Notes under the pieces: model-generated
The model's input: the letters and a program-made list of their open reading frames with translations, nothing else
Databases searched by the model: none
Told to the model about the DNA's origin: nothing
Position numbers and translations under genes: made by a program
Shown here: positions 23,801 to 36,832 of the stretch, one piece after another
Position numbering within the stretch: the first letter of the stretch is position 1
Layout: the number at the start of each line of letters is the position of its first letter
From: Auanema rhodensis
Lineage: Eukaryota; Animalia; Nematoda
DNA: 64,000 nt
Assembly: GCA_964057225.1 (NCBI GenBank)
Contig: OZ059894.1
Span: forward strand, 4,650,001-4,714,000
Direction: 5' to 3'

Positions 23801-26800
23801 TATAAGTTCACACTTATATCCTCGATTTTCACCCTGAAGAATTAATTTTTTCGTTGAATAACATTGTCTATCGTCTTTGCCTTGAAAAATGGAATCTAAA
23901 AACATCTACTTTTTGCTAAATTATTTTGAAATTTTTCGAAAAAATTTTTGTCAAAATGTTTTTGGAAGCAATGTTGAGTGTACATGGAAACTCAACATAC
24001 ACTATTGCATCATTTTTCTAACGATCATAACTAATTTTTGTATTAAGCTTTTCTCAATGTAGTATAGTGCATTCGATGCGGATTTTTAAGCTGCGTCGAT
24101 CTGTGTTATCAGATTTGCGCTAGCTTAAAAATGCACCGAGATATCAACTGATATAAGTTCACACTTATATCCTCGATTTTCACCCTGAAGAATTAATTTT
24201 CTCGTTGAATAACATTGTCCATCGTCTTTGCCTTGAAAAAAGGAATCTAAAAACATCTACTTTTTGCTAAATTATTTTGAAATTTTCCGAAAAAATTTTT
24301 GTCAAAATGTTTTTGGAAGCAATGTTGAGTGTACATGGAAACTCAACATACACTAATGCATCATTTTTCAAACGATCATAACTAATTTTTGTATTAAGCG
24401 TTTTTCAATGTAGTATAGTGCATTCGATGCGGATTTTTAAGCTGCGTCGATCTGTGTTATCAGATTTGCGCTAGCTTAAAAATGCACTGAGATATCAACT
24501 GATATAAATTCACACTTATATCCTCGATTTTCACCCTGAAGAAATAATTTTTTCGTTGAATAACATTGTCCATCGTCTTTGCCTTGAAAAAAGGAATCTA
24601 AAAACATCTACTTTTTGCTAAATTATTTTGAAATTTTTCGAAAAAATTTTTGTCAAAATTTTTTGGAAGCAATGTTGAGTGTACATGGAAACTCAACATA
24701 CACTAATGCATCATTTTTCAAACGATCATAACTAATTTTTGTATTAAGCGTTTTTCAATGTAGTGTAGTGCATTCGATGCGGATTTTTAAGCTGCGTCGA
24801 TCTGTGTTATCAGATTTGCTCTAGCTTAAAAATGCACCGAGATATCAACTGATATAAGTTCACACTTATATCCTCGATTTTCATCCTGAAGAATTAATTT
24901 TTTCGTTGAATAACATTGTCCATCGTCTTTGCCTTGAAAAATCGAATCTAAGAACATCTACTTTTCGCTAAATTATTTTGAAATTTTTCGAAAAAATTTT
25001 TGTCAAAATGTTTTTGGAAGCAATGTTGAGTGTACATGGAAACTCAACATACACTAATGCATCATTTTTCAAACGATCATAACTAATTTTTTTATCAAGC
25101 GTTTTTCAATGTAGTATAGTGCATTCGATGCGGATTTTTAAGCTGCGTCGATCTGTGTTATCAGATTTGCGCTAGCTTAAAAATGCACCGAGATATCAAC
25201 TGATATAAGTTCACACTTATATCCTCGATTTTCACCCTGAAGAATTAATTTTCTCGTTGAATAACATTGTCCATCGTCTTTGCCTTGAAAAAAGGAATCT
25301 AAAAACATCTACTTTTTGCTAAATTATTTTGAAATTTTTCGAAAAAAGTTTTGTCAAAATGTTTTTGGAAGCAATGTTGAGTGTACATGGAAACTCAACA
25401 TACACTAATGCATCATTTTTCAAACGATCATAACTAATTTTTGTATTAAGCTTTTCTCAATGTAGTATAGTGCATTCGATGCGGATTTTTAAGCTGCGTC
25501 GATCTGTGTTATCAGATTTGCGCTAGCTTAAAAATGCACCGAGATATCAACTGATATAAGTTCACACTTATATCCTCGATTTTCACCCTGAAGAATTAAT
25601 TTTTTCGTTGAATAACATTGTCTATCGTCTTTGCCTTGAAAAATGGAATCTAAAAACATCTACTTTCTGCTAAATTATTTTGAAATTTTTCGAAAAAATT
25701 TTTGTCAAAATGTTTTTGGAAGCAATGTTGAGTGTACATGGAAACTCAACATACACTAATGCATCATTTTTCTAACGATCATAACTAATTTTTGTATTAA
25801 GCTTTTTTCAATGTAGTATAGTGCATTCGATGCGGATTTTTAAGCTGCGTCGATCTGTGTTATCAGATTTGCGCTAGCTTAAAAATGCACCGAGATATCA
25901 ATTGATATAAGTTCACACTTATATCCTCGATTTTCACCCTGAAGAATTAATTTTTTCGTTGAATAACATTGTCTATCGTCTTTGCCTTGAAAAATGGAAT
26001 CTAAAAACATCTACTTTTTGCTAAATTATTTTGAAATTTTTCGAAAAAATTTTTGTCAAAATGTTTTTGGAAGCAATGTTGAGTGTACATGGAAACTCAA
26101 CATACACTATTGCATCATTTTTCTAACGATCATAACTAATTTTTGTATTAAGCTTTTCTCAATGTAGTATAGTGCATTCGATGCGGATTTTTAAGCTGCG
26201 TCGATCTGTGTTATCAGATTTGCGCTAGCTTAAAAATGCACCGAGATATCAACTGATATAAGTTCACACTTATATCCTCGATTTTCACCCTGAAGAATTA
26301 ATTTTCTCGTTGAATAACATTGTCCATCGTCTTTGCCTTGAAAAAAGGAATCTAAAAACATCTACTTTTTGCTAAATTATTTTGAAATTTTCCGAAAAAA
26401 TTTTTGTCAAAATGTTTTTGGAAGCAATGTTGAGTGTACATGGAAACTCAACATACACTAATGCATCATTTTTCAAACGATCATAACTAATTTTTGTATT
26501 AAGCGTTTTTCAATGTAGTATAGTGCATTCGATGCGGATTTTTAAGCTGCGTCGATCTGTGTTATCAGATTTGCGCTAGCTTAAAAATGCACTGAGATAT
26601 CAACTGATATAAATTCACACTTATATCCTCGATTTTCACCCTGAAGAAATAATTTTTTCGTTGAATAACATTGTCCATCGTCTTTGCCTTGAGAAAAGGA
26701 ATCTAAAAACATCTACTTTTTGCTAAATTATTTTGAAATTTTTCGAAAAAATTTTTGTCAAAATTTTTTGGAAGCAATGTTGAGTGTACATGGAAACTCA

Positions 26801-27708
26801 ACATACACTAATGCATCATTTTTCAAACGATCATAACTAATTTTTGTATTAAGCGTTTTTCAATGTAGTGTAGTGCATTCGATGCGGATTTTTAAGCTGC
26901 GTCGATCTGTGTTATCAGATTTGCTCTAGCTTAAAAATGCACCGAGATATCAACTGATATAAGTTCACACTTATATCCTCGATTTTCATCCTGAAGAATT
27001 AATTTTTTCGTTGAATAACATTGTCCATCGTCTTTGCCTTGAAAAATCGAATCTAAGAACATCTACTTTTCGCTAAATTATTTTGAAATTTTTCGAAAAA
27101 ATTTTTGTCAAAATGTTTTTGGAAGCAATGTTGAGTGTACATGGAAACTCAACATACACTAATGCATCATTTTTCAAACGATCATAACTAATTTTTTTAT
27201 CAAGCGTTTTTCAATGTAGTATAGTGCATTCGATGCGGATTTTTAAGCTGCGTCGATCTGTGTTATCAGATTTGCGCTAGCTTAAAAATGCACCGAGATA
27301 TCAACTGATATAAGTTCACACTTATATCCTCGATTTTCACCCTGAAGAATTAATTTTCTCGTTGAATAACATTGTCCATCGTCTTTGCCTTGAAAAAAGG
27401 AATCTAAAAACATCTACTTTTTGCTAAATTATTTTGAAATTTTTCGAAAAAAGTTTTGTCAAAATGTTTTTGGAAGCAATGTTGAGTGTACATGGAAACT
27501 CAACAAACACTAATGCATCATTTTTCAAACGATCATAACTAATTTTTGTATTAAGCTTTTCTCAATGTAGTATAGTGCATTCGATGCGGATTTTTAAGCT
27601 GCGTCGATCTGTGTTATCAGATTTGCGCTAGCTTAAAAATGCACCGAGATATCAACTGATATAAGTTCACACTTATATCCTCGATTTTCACCCTGAAGAA
27701 TTAATTTT
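17886..27708. repeat. Domain dominated by a 5-mer higher-order repeat (about 1754 bp)
   Basis: The ordered monomer types [CTATTGC/TTCTAACG]-[TTCCG/CACTGAG/ATAAATT]-[350 bp, GTAGTGTAG/GCTCTAG/CATCCTG]-[ATCG/TTTTCGCT]-[AAAAAGTTTT] recur starting at 17886, 20693, 23850 and 25955. A shortened version starts at 22447. Confidence 0.85.
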
Positions 27709-30164
27709 TTCGTTGAATAACATTGTCTATCGTCTTTGCCTTGAAAAATGGAATCTAAAAACATCTACTTTCTGCTAAATTATTTTGAAATTTTTCGAAA
27801 AAATTTTTGTCAAAATGTTTTTGGAAGCAATGTTGAGTGTACATGGAAACTCAACATACACTAATGCATCATTTTTCTAACGATCATAACTAATTTTTGT
27901 ATTAAGCTTTTCTCAATGTAGTATAGTGCATTCGATGCGGATTTTTAAGCTGCGTCGATCTGTGTTATCAGATTTGCGCTAGCTTAAAAATGCACCGAGA
28001 TATCAACTGATATAAGTTCACACTTATATCCTCGATTTTCACCCTGAAGAATTAATTTTTTCGTTGAATAACATTGTCTATCGTCTTTGCCTTGAAAAAT
28101 GGAATCTAAAAACATCTACTTTCTGCTAAATTATTTTGAAATTTTTCGAAAAAATTTTTGTCAAAATGTTTTTGGAAGCAATGTTGAGTGTACATGGAAA
28201 CTCAACATACACTAATGCATCATTTTTCAAACGATCATAACTAATTTTTGTATTAAGCTTTTCTCAATGTAGTATAGTGCATTCGATGCGGATTTTTAAG
28301 CTGCGTCGATCTGTGTTATCAGATTTGCGCTAGCTTAAAAATGCACCGAGATATCAACTGATATAAGTTCACACTTATATCCTCGATTTTCACCCTGAAG
28401 AATTAATTTTTTCGTTGAATAACATTGTCTATCGTCTTTGCCTTGAAAAATGGAATCTAAAAACATCTACTTTCTGCTAAATTATTTTGAAATTTTTCGA
28501 AAAAATTTTTGTCAAAATGTTTTTGGAAGCAATGTTGAGTGTACATGGAAACTCAACATACACTAATGCATCATTTTTCTAACGATCATAACTAATTTTT
28601 GTATTAAGCTTTTCTCAATGTAGTATAGTGCATTCGATGCGGATTTTTAAGCTGCGTCGATCTGTGTTATCAGATTTGCGCTAGCTTAAAAATGCACCGA
28701 GATATCAACTGATATAAGTTCACACTTATATCCTCGATTTTCACCCTGAAGAATTAATTTTTTCGTTGAATAACATTGTCTATCGTCTTTGCCTTAAAAA
28801 ATGGAATCTAAAAACATCTACTTTCTGCTAAATTATTTTGAAATTTTTCGAAAAAATTTTTGTCAAAATGTTTTTGGAAGCAATGTTGAGTGTACATGGA
28901 AACTCAACATACACTAATGCATCATTTTTCTAACGATCATAACTAATTTTTGTATTAAGCTTTTCTCAATGTAGTATAGTGCATTCGATGCGGATTTTTA
29001 AGCTGCGTCGATCTGTGTTATCAGATTTGCGCTAGCTTAAAAATGCACCGAGATATCAACTGATATAAGTTCACACTTATATCCTCGATTTTCACCCTGA
29101 AGAATTAATTTTTTCGTTGAATAACATTGTCTATCGTCTTTGCCTTAAAAAATGGAATCTAAAAACATCTACTTTCTGCTAAATTATTCTGAAATTTTTC
29201 GAAAAAATTTTTGTCAAAATGTTTTTGGAAGCAATGTTGAGTGTACATGGAAACTCAACATACACTAATGCATCATTTTTCTAACGATCATAACTAATTT
29301 TTGTATTAAGCTTTTCTCAATGTAGTATAGTGCATTCGATGCGGATTTTTAAGCTGCGTCGATCTGTGTTATCAGATTTGCGCTAGCTTAAAAATGCACC
29401 GAGATATCAACTGATATAAGTTCACACTTATATCCTCGATTTTCACCCTGAAGAATTAATTTTCTCGTTGAATAACATTGTCCATCGTCTTTGCCTTGAA
29501 AAAAGGAATCTAAAAACATCTACTTTTTGCTAAATTATTTTGAAATTTTCCGAAAAAATTTTTGTCAAAATGTTTTGGAAGCAATGTTGAGTGTACATGG
29601 AAACTCAACATACACTAATGCATCATTTTTCAAACGATCATAACTAATTTTTGTATTAAGCGTTTTTCAATGTAGTATAGTGCATTCGATGCGGATTTTT
29701 AAGCTGCGTCGATCTGTGTTATCAGATTTGCGCTAGCTTAAAAATGCACCGAGATATCAACTGATATAAGTTCACACTTATATCCTCGATTTTCATCCTG
29801 AAGAATTAATTTTTTCGTTGAATAACATTGTCCATCGTCTTTGCCTTGAAAAATCAAATCTAAAAACATCTACTTTTCGCTAAATTATTTTGAAATTTTT
29901 CGAAAAAATTTTTGTCAAAATGTTTTTGGAAGCAATGTTGAGTGTACATGGAAACTCAACATACACTAATGCATCATTTTTCAAACGATCATAACTAATT
30001 TTTGTATCAAGCGTTTTTCAATGTAGTATAGTGCATTCGATGCGGATTTTTAAGCTGCGTCGATCTGTGTTATCAGATTTGCGCTAGCTTAAAAATGCAC
30101 CGAGATATCAACTGATATAAGTTCACACTTATATCCTCGATTTTCACCCTGAAGAATTAATTTT

Positions 30165-32270
30165 CTCGTTGAATAACATTGTCCATCGTCTTTGCCTTGA
30201 AAAAAGGAATCTAAAAACATCTACTTTTTGCTAAATTATTTTGAAATTTTCCGAAAAAATTGTTGTCAAAATGTTTTTGGAAGCAATGTTGAGTGTACAT
30301 GGAAACTCAACATACACTAATGCATCATTTTTCAAACGATCATAACTAATTTTTGTATTAAGCGTTTCTCAATGTAGTATAGTGCATTCGATCCGGATTT
30401 TTAAGCTGCGTCGATCTGTGTTATCAGATTTGCGCTAGCTTAAAAATGCACCGAGATATCAACTGATATAAGTTCACACTTATATCCTCGATTTTCACCC
30501 TGAAGAATTAATTTTCTCGTTGAATAACATTGTCCATCGTCTTTGCCTTGAAAAAAGGAATCTAAAAACATCTACTTTTTGCTAAATTATTTTGAAATTT
30601 TCCGAAAAAATTTTTGTCAAAATGTTTTTGGAAGCAATGTTGAGTGTACATGGAAACTCAACATACACTAATGCATCATTTTTCAAACGATCATAACTAA
30701 TTTTTGTATTAAGCGTTTTTCAATGTAGTATAGTGCATTCGATGCGGATTTTTAAGCTGCGTCGATCTGTGTTATCAGATTTGCGCTAGCTTAAAAATGC
30801 ACTGAGATATCAACTGATATAAATTCACACTTATATCCTCGATTTTCACCCTGAAGAAATAATTTTTTCGTTGAATAACATTGTCCATCGTTTTTGCCTT
30901 GAAAAAAGGAATCTAAAAACATCTACTTTTTGCTAAATTATTTTGAAATTTTTCGAAAAAATTTTTGTCAAAATGTTTTTGGAAGCAATGTTGAGTGTAC
31001 ATGGAAACTCAACATACACTAATGCATCATTTTTCAAACGATCATAACTAATTTTTGTATTAAGCGTTTCTCAATGTAGTATAGTGCATTCGATCCGGAT
31101 TTTTAAGCTGCGTCGATCTGTGTTATCAGATTAGCGCTAGCTTAAAAATGCACCGAGATATCAACTGATATAAGTTCACACTTATATCCTCGATTTTCAC
31201 CCTGAAGAATTAATTTTCTCGTTGAATAACATTGTCCATCGTCTTTGCCTTGAAAAAAGGAATCTAAAAACATCTACTTTTTGCTAAATTATTTTGAAAT
31301 TTTCCGAAAAAATTGTTGTCAAAATGTTTTTGGAAGCAATGTTGAGTGTACATGGAAACTCAACATACACTAATGCATCATTTTTCAAACGATCATAACT
31401 AATTTTTGTATTAAGCGTTTCTCAATGTAGTATAGTGCATTCGATCCGGATTTTTAAGCTGCGTCGATCTGTGTTATCAGATTTGCGCTAGCTTAAAAAT
31501 GCACCGAGATATCAACTGATATAAGTTCACACTTATATCCTCGATTTTCACCCTGAAGAATTAATTTTCTCGTTGAATAACATTGTCCATCGTCTTTGCC
31601 TTGAAAAAAGGAATCTAAAAACATCTACTTTTTGCTAAATTATTTTGAAATTTTCCGAAAAAATTTTTGTCAAAATGTTTTTGGAAGCAATGTTGAGTGT
31701 ACATGGAAACTCAACATACACTAATGCATCATTTTTCAAACGATCATAACTAATTTTTGTATTAAGCGTTTTTCAATGTAGTATAGTGCATTCGATGCGG
31801 ATTTTTAAGCTGCGTCGATCTGTGTTATCAGATTTGCGCTAGCTTAAAAATGCACTGAGATATCAACTGATATAAATTCACACTTATATCCTCGATTTTC
31901 ACCCTGAAGAAATAATTTTTTCGTTGAATAACATTGTCCATCGTTTTTGCCTTGAAAAAAGGAATCTAAAAACATCTACTTTTTGCTAAATTATTTTGAA
32001 ATTTTTCGAAAAAATTTTTGTCAAAATGTTTTTGGAAGCAATGTTGAGTGTACATGGAAACTCAACATACACTAATGCATCATTTTTCAAACGATCATAA
32101 CTAATTTTTGTATTAAGCGTTTCTCAATGTAGTATAGTGCATTCGATCCGGATTTTTAAGCTGCGTCGATCTGTGTTATCAGATTAGCGCTAGCTTAAAA
32201 ATGCACCGAGATATCAACTGATATAAGTTCACACTTATATCCTCGATTTTCATCCTGAAGAATTAATTTT
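30165..32270. repeat. Local 3-mer higher-order repeat (1053 bp x2)
   Basis: [AATTGTTG/GATCCGG]-[CACTGAG/ATAAATT]-[CGTTTTTG/GATCCGG/TTAGCGCT] starts at 30165 and 31218. Confidence 0.87.
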
Positions 32271-35200
32271 TTCGTTGAATAACATTGTCCATCGTCTTTG
32301 CCTTGAAAAATCGAATCTAAGAACATCTACTTTTCGCTAAATTATTTTGAAATTTTTCGAAAAAATTTTTGTCAAAATGTTTTTGGAAGCAATGTTGAGT
32401 GTACATGGAAACTCAACATACACTAATGCATCATTTTTCAAACGATCATAACTAATTTTTTTATCAAGCGTTTTTCAATGTAGTATAGTGCATTCGATGC
32501 GGATTTTTAAGCTGCGTCGATCTGTGTTATCAGATTTGCGCTAGCTTAAAAATGCACCGAGATATCAACTGATATAAGTTCACACTTATATCCTCGATTT
32601 TCACCCTGAAGAATTAATTTTCTCGTTGAATAACATTGTCCATCGTCTTTGCCTTGAAAAAATGGATCTAAAAACATCTACTTTTTGCTAAATTATTTTG
32701 AAATTTTTCGAAAAAAGTTTTGTCAAAATGTTTTTGGAAGCAATGTTGAGTGTACATGGAAACTCAACATACACTAATGCATCATTTTTCAAACGATCAT
32801 AACTAATTTTTGTATTAAGCTTTTCTCAATGTAGTATAGTGCATTCGATGCGGATTTTTAAGCTGCGTCGATCTGTGTTATCAGATTTGCGCTAGCTTAA
32901 AAATGCACCGAGATATCAACTGATATAAATTCACACTTATATCCTCGATTTTCACCCTGAAGAAATAATTTTTTCGTTGAATAACATTGTCCATCGTTTT
33001 TGCCTTGAAAAAAGGAATCTAAAAACATCTACTTTTTGCTAAATTATTTTGAAATTTTTCGAAAAAATTTTTGTCAAAATGTTTTTGGAAGCAATGTTGA
33101 GTGTACATGGAAACTCAACATACACTAATGCATCATTTTTCAAACGATCATAACTAATTTTTGTATTAAGCGTTTCTCAATGTAGTATAGTGCATTCGAT
33201 GCGGATTTTTAAGCTGCGTCGATCTGTGTTATCAGATTTGCGCTAGCTTAAAAATGCACCGAGATATCAACTGATATAAGTTCACACTTATATCCTCGAT
33301 TTTCACCCTGAAGAATTAATTTTCTCGTTGAATAACATTGTCCATCGTCTTTGCCTTGAAAAAAGGAATCTAAAAACATCTACTTTTTGCTAAATTATTT
33401 TGAAATTTTCCGAAAAAATTTTTGTCAAAATGTTTTTGGAAGCAATGTTGAGTGTACATGGAAACTCAACATACACTAATGCATCATTTTTCAAACGATC
33501 ATAACTAATTTTTGTATTAAGCGTTTTTCAATGTAGTATAGTGCATTCGATGCGGATTTTTAAGCTGCGTCGATCTGTGTTATCAGATTTGCGCTAGCTT
33601 AAAAATGCACTGAGATATCAACTGATATAAATTCACACTTATATCCTCGATTTTCACCCTGAAGAAATAATTTTTTCGTTGAATAACATTGTCCATCGTT
33701 TTTGCCTTGAAAAAAGGAATCTAAAAACATCTACTTTTTGCTAAATTATTTTGAAATTTTTCGAAAAAATTTTTGTCAAAATGTTTTTGGAAGCAATGTT
33801 GAGTGTACATGGAAACTCAACATACACTAATGCATCATTTTTCAAACGATCATAACTAATTTTTGTATTAAGCGTTTCTCAATGTAGTATAGTGCATTCG
33901 ATCCGGATTTTTAAGCTGCGTCGATCTGTGTTATCAGATTAGCGCTAGCTTAAAAATGCACCGAGATATCAACTGATATAAGTTCACACTTATATCCTCG
34001 ATTTTCATCCTGAAGAATTAATTTTTTCGTTGAATAACATTGTCCATCGTCTTTGCCTTGAAAAATCGAATCTAAGAACATCTACTTTTCGCTAAATTAT
34101 TTTGAAATTTTTCGAAAAAATTTTTGTCAAAATGTTTTTGGAAGCAATGTTGAGTGTACATGGAAACTCAACATACACTAATGCATCATTTTTCAAACGA
34201 TCATAACTAATTTTTTTATCAAGCGTTTTTCAATGTAGTATAGTGCATTCGATGCGGATTTTTAAGCTGCGTCGATCTGTGTTATCAGATTTGCGCTAGC
34301 TTAAAAATGCACCGAGATATCAACTGATATAAGTTCACACTTATATCCTCGATTTTCACCCTGAAGAATTAATTTTCTCGTTGAATAACATTGTCCATCG
34401 TCTTTGCCTTGAAAAAATGGATCTAAAAACATCTACTTTTTGCTAAATTATTTTGAAATTTTTCGAAAAAAGTTTTGTCAAAATGTTTTTGGAAGCAATG
34501 TTGAGTGTACATGGAAACTCAACATACACTAATGCATCATTTTTCAAACGATCATAACTAATTTTTGTATTAAGCTTTTCTCAATGTAGTATAGTGCATT
34601 CGATGCGGATTTTTAAGCTGCGTCGATCTGTGTTATCAGATTTGCGCTAGCTTAAAAATGCACCGAGATATCAACTGATATAAGTTCACACTTATATCCT
34701 CGATTTTCACCCTGAAGAATTAATTTTTTCGTTGAATAACATTGTCTATCGTCTTTGCCTTGAAAAATGGAATCTAAAAACATCTACTTTCTGCTAAATT
34801 ATTTTGAAATTTTTCGAAAAAATTTTTGTCAAAATGTTTTTGGAAGCAATGTTGAGTGTACATGGAAACTCAACATACACTAATGCATCATTTTTCTAAC
34901 GATCATAACTAATTTTTGTATTAAGCTTTTCTCAATGTAGTATAGTGCATTCGATGCGGATTTTTAAGCTGCGTCGATCTGTGTTATCAGATTTGCGCTA
35001 GCTTAAAAATGCACCGAGATATCAACTGATATAAGTTCACACTTATATCCTCGATTTTCACCCTGAAGAATTAATTTTCTCGTTGAATAACATTGTCCAT
35101 CGTCTTTGCCTTGAAAAAAGGAATCTAAAAACATCTACTTTTTGCTAAATTATTTTGAAATTTTCCGAAAAAATTTTTGTCAAAATGTTTTGGAAGCAAT

Positions 35201-36832
35201 GTTGAGTGTACATGGAAACTCAACATACACTAATGCATCATTTTTCAAACGATCATAACTAATTTTTGTATTAAGCGTTTTTCAATGTAGTATAGTGCAT
35301 TCGATGCGGATTTTTAAGCTGCGTCGATCTGTGTTATCAGATTTGCGCTAGCTTAAAAATGCACCGAGATATCAACTGATATAAGTTCACACTTATATCC
35401 TCGATTTTCATCCTGAAGAATTAATTTTTTCGTTGAATAACATTGTCCATCGTCTTTGCCTTGAAAAATCGAATCTAAAAACATCTACTTTTCGCTAAAT
35501 TATTTTGAAATTTTTCGAAAAAATTTTTGTCAAAATGTTTTTGGAAGCAATGTTGAGTGTACATGGAAACTCAACATACACTAATGCATCATTTTTCAAA
35601 CGATCATAACTAATTTTTGTATCAAGCGTTTTTCAATGTAGTATAGTGCTTTCGATGCGGATTTTTAAGCTGCGTCGATCTGTGTTATCAGATTTGCGCT
35701 AGCTTAAAAATGCACCGAGATATCAACTGATATAAGTTCACACTTATATCCTCGATTTTCACCCTGAAGAATTAATTTTCTCGTTGAATAACATTGTCCA
35801 TCGTTTTTGCCTTGAAAAAAGGAATCTAAAAACATCTACTTTTTGCTAAATTATTTTGAAATTTTCCGAAAAAATTTTTGTCAAAATGTTTTTGGAAGCA
35901 ATGTTGAGTGTACATGGAAACTCAACATACACTAATGCATCATTTTTCAAACGATCATAACTAATTTTTGTATTAAGCGTTTTTCAATGTAGTATAGTGC
36001 ATTCGATGCGGATTTTTAAGCTGCGTCGATCTGTGTTATCAGATTTGCGCTAGCTTAAAAATGCACCGAGATATCAACTGATATAAGTTCACACTTATAT
36101 CCTCGATTTTCATCCTGAAGAATTAATTTTTTCGTTGAATAACATTGTCCATCGTCTTTGCCTTGAAAAATCAAATCTAAAAACATCTACTTTTCGCTAA
36201 ATTATTCTGAAATTTTTCGAAAAAATTTTTGTCAAAATGTTTTTGGAAGCAATGTTGAGTGTACATGGAAACTCAACATACACTAATGCATCATTTTTCA
36301 AACGATCATAACTAATTTTTGTATCAAGCGTTTTTCAATGTAGTATAGTGCATTCGATGCGGATTTTTAAGCTGCGTCGATCTGTGTTATCAGATTTGCG
36401 CTAGCTTAAAAATGCACCGAGATATCAACTGATATAAGTTCACACTTATATCCTCGATTTTCACCCTGAAGAATTAATTTTCTCGTTGAATAACATTGTC
36501 CATCGTCTTTGCCTTGAAAAAAGGAATCTAAAAACATCTACTTTTTGCTAAATTATTTTGAAATTTTCCGAAAAAATTGTTGTCAAAATGTTTTTGGAAG
36601 CAATGTTGAGTGTACATGGAAACTCAACATACACTAATGCATCATTTTTCAAACGATCATAACTAATTTTTGTATCAAGCGTTTTTCAATGTAGTATAGT
36701 GCATTCGATGCGGATTTTTAAGCTGCGTCGATCTGTGTTATCAGATTTGCGCTAGCTTAAAAATGCACCGAGATATCAACTGATATAAGTTCACACTTAT
36801 ATCCTCGATTTTCACCCTGAAGAATTAATTTT

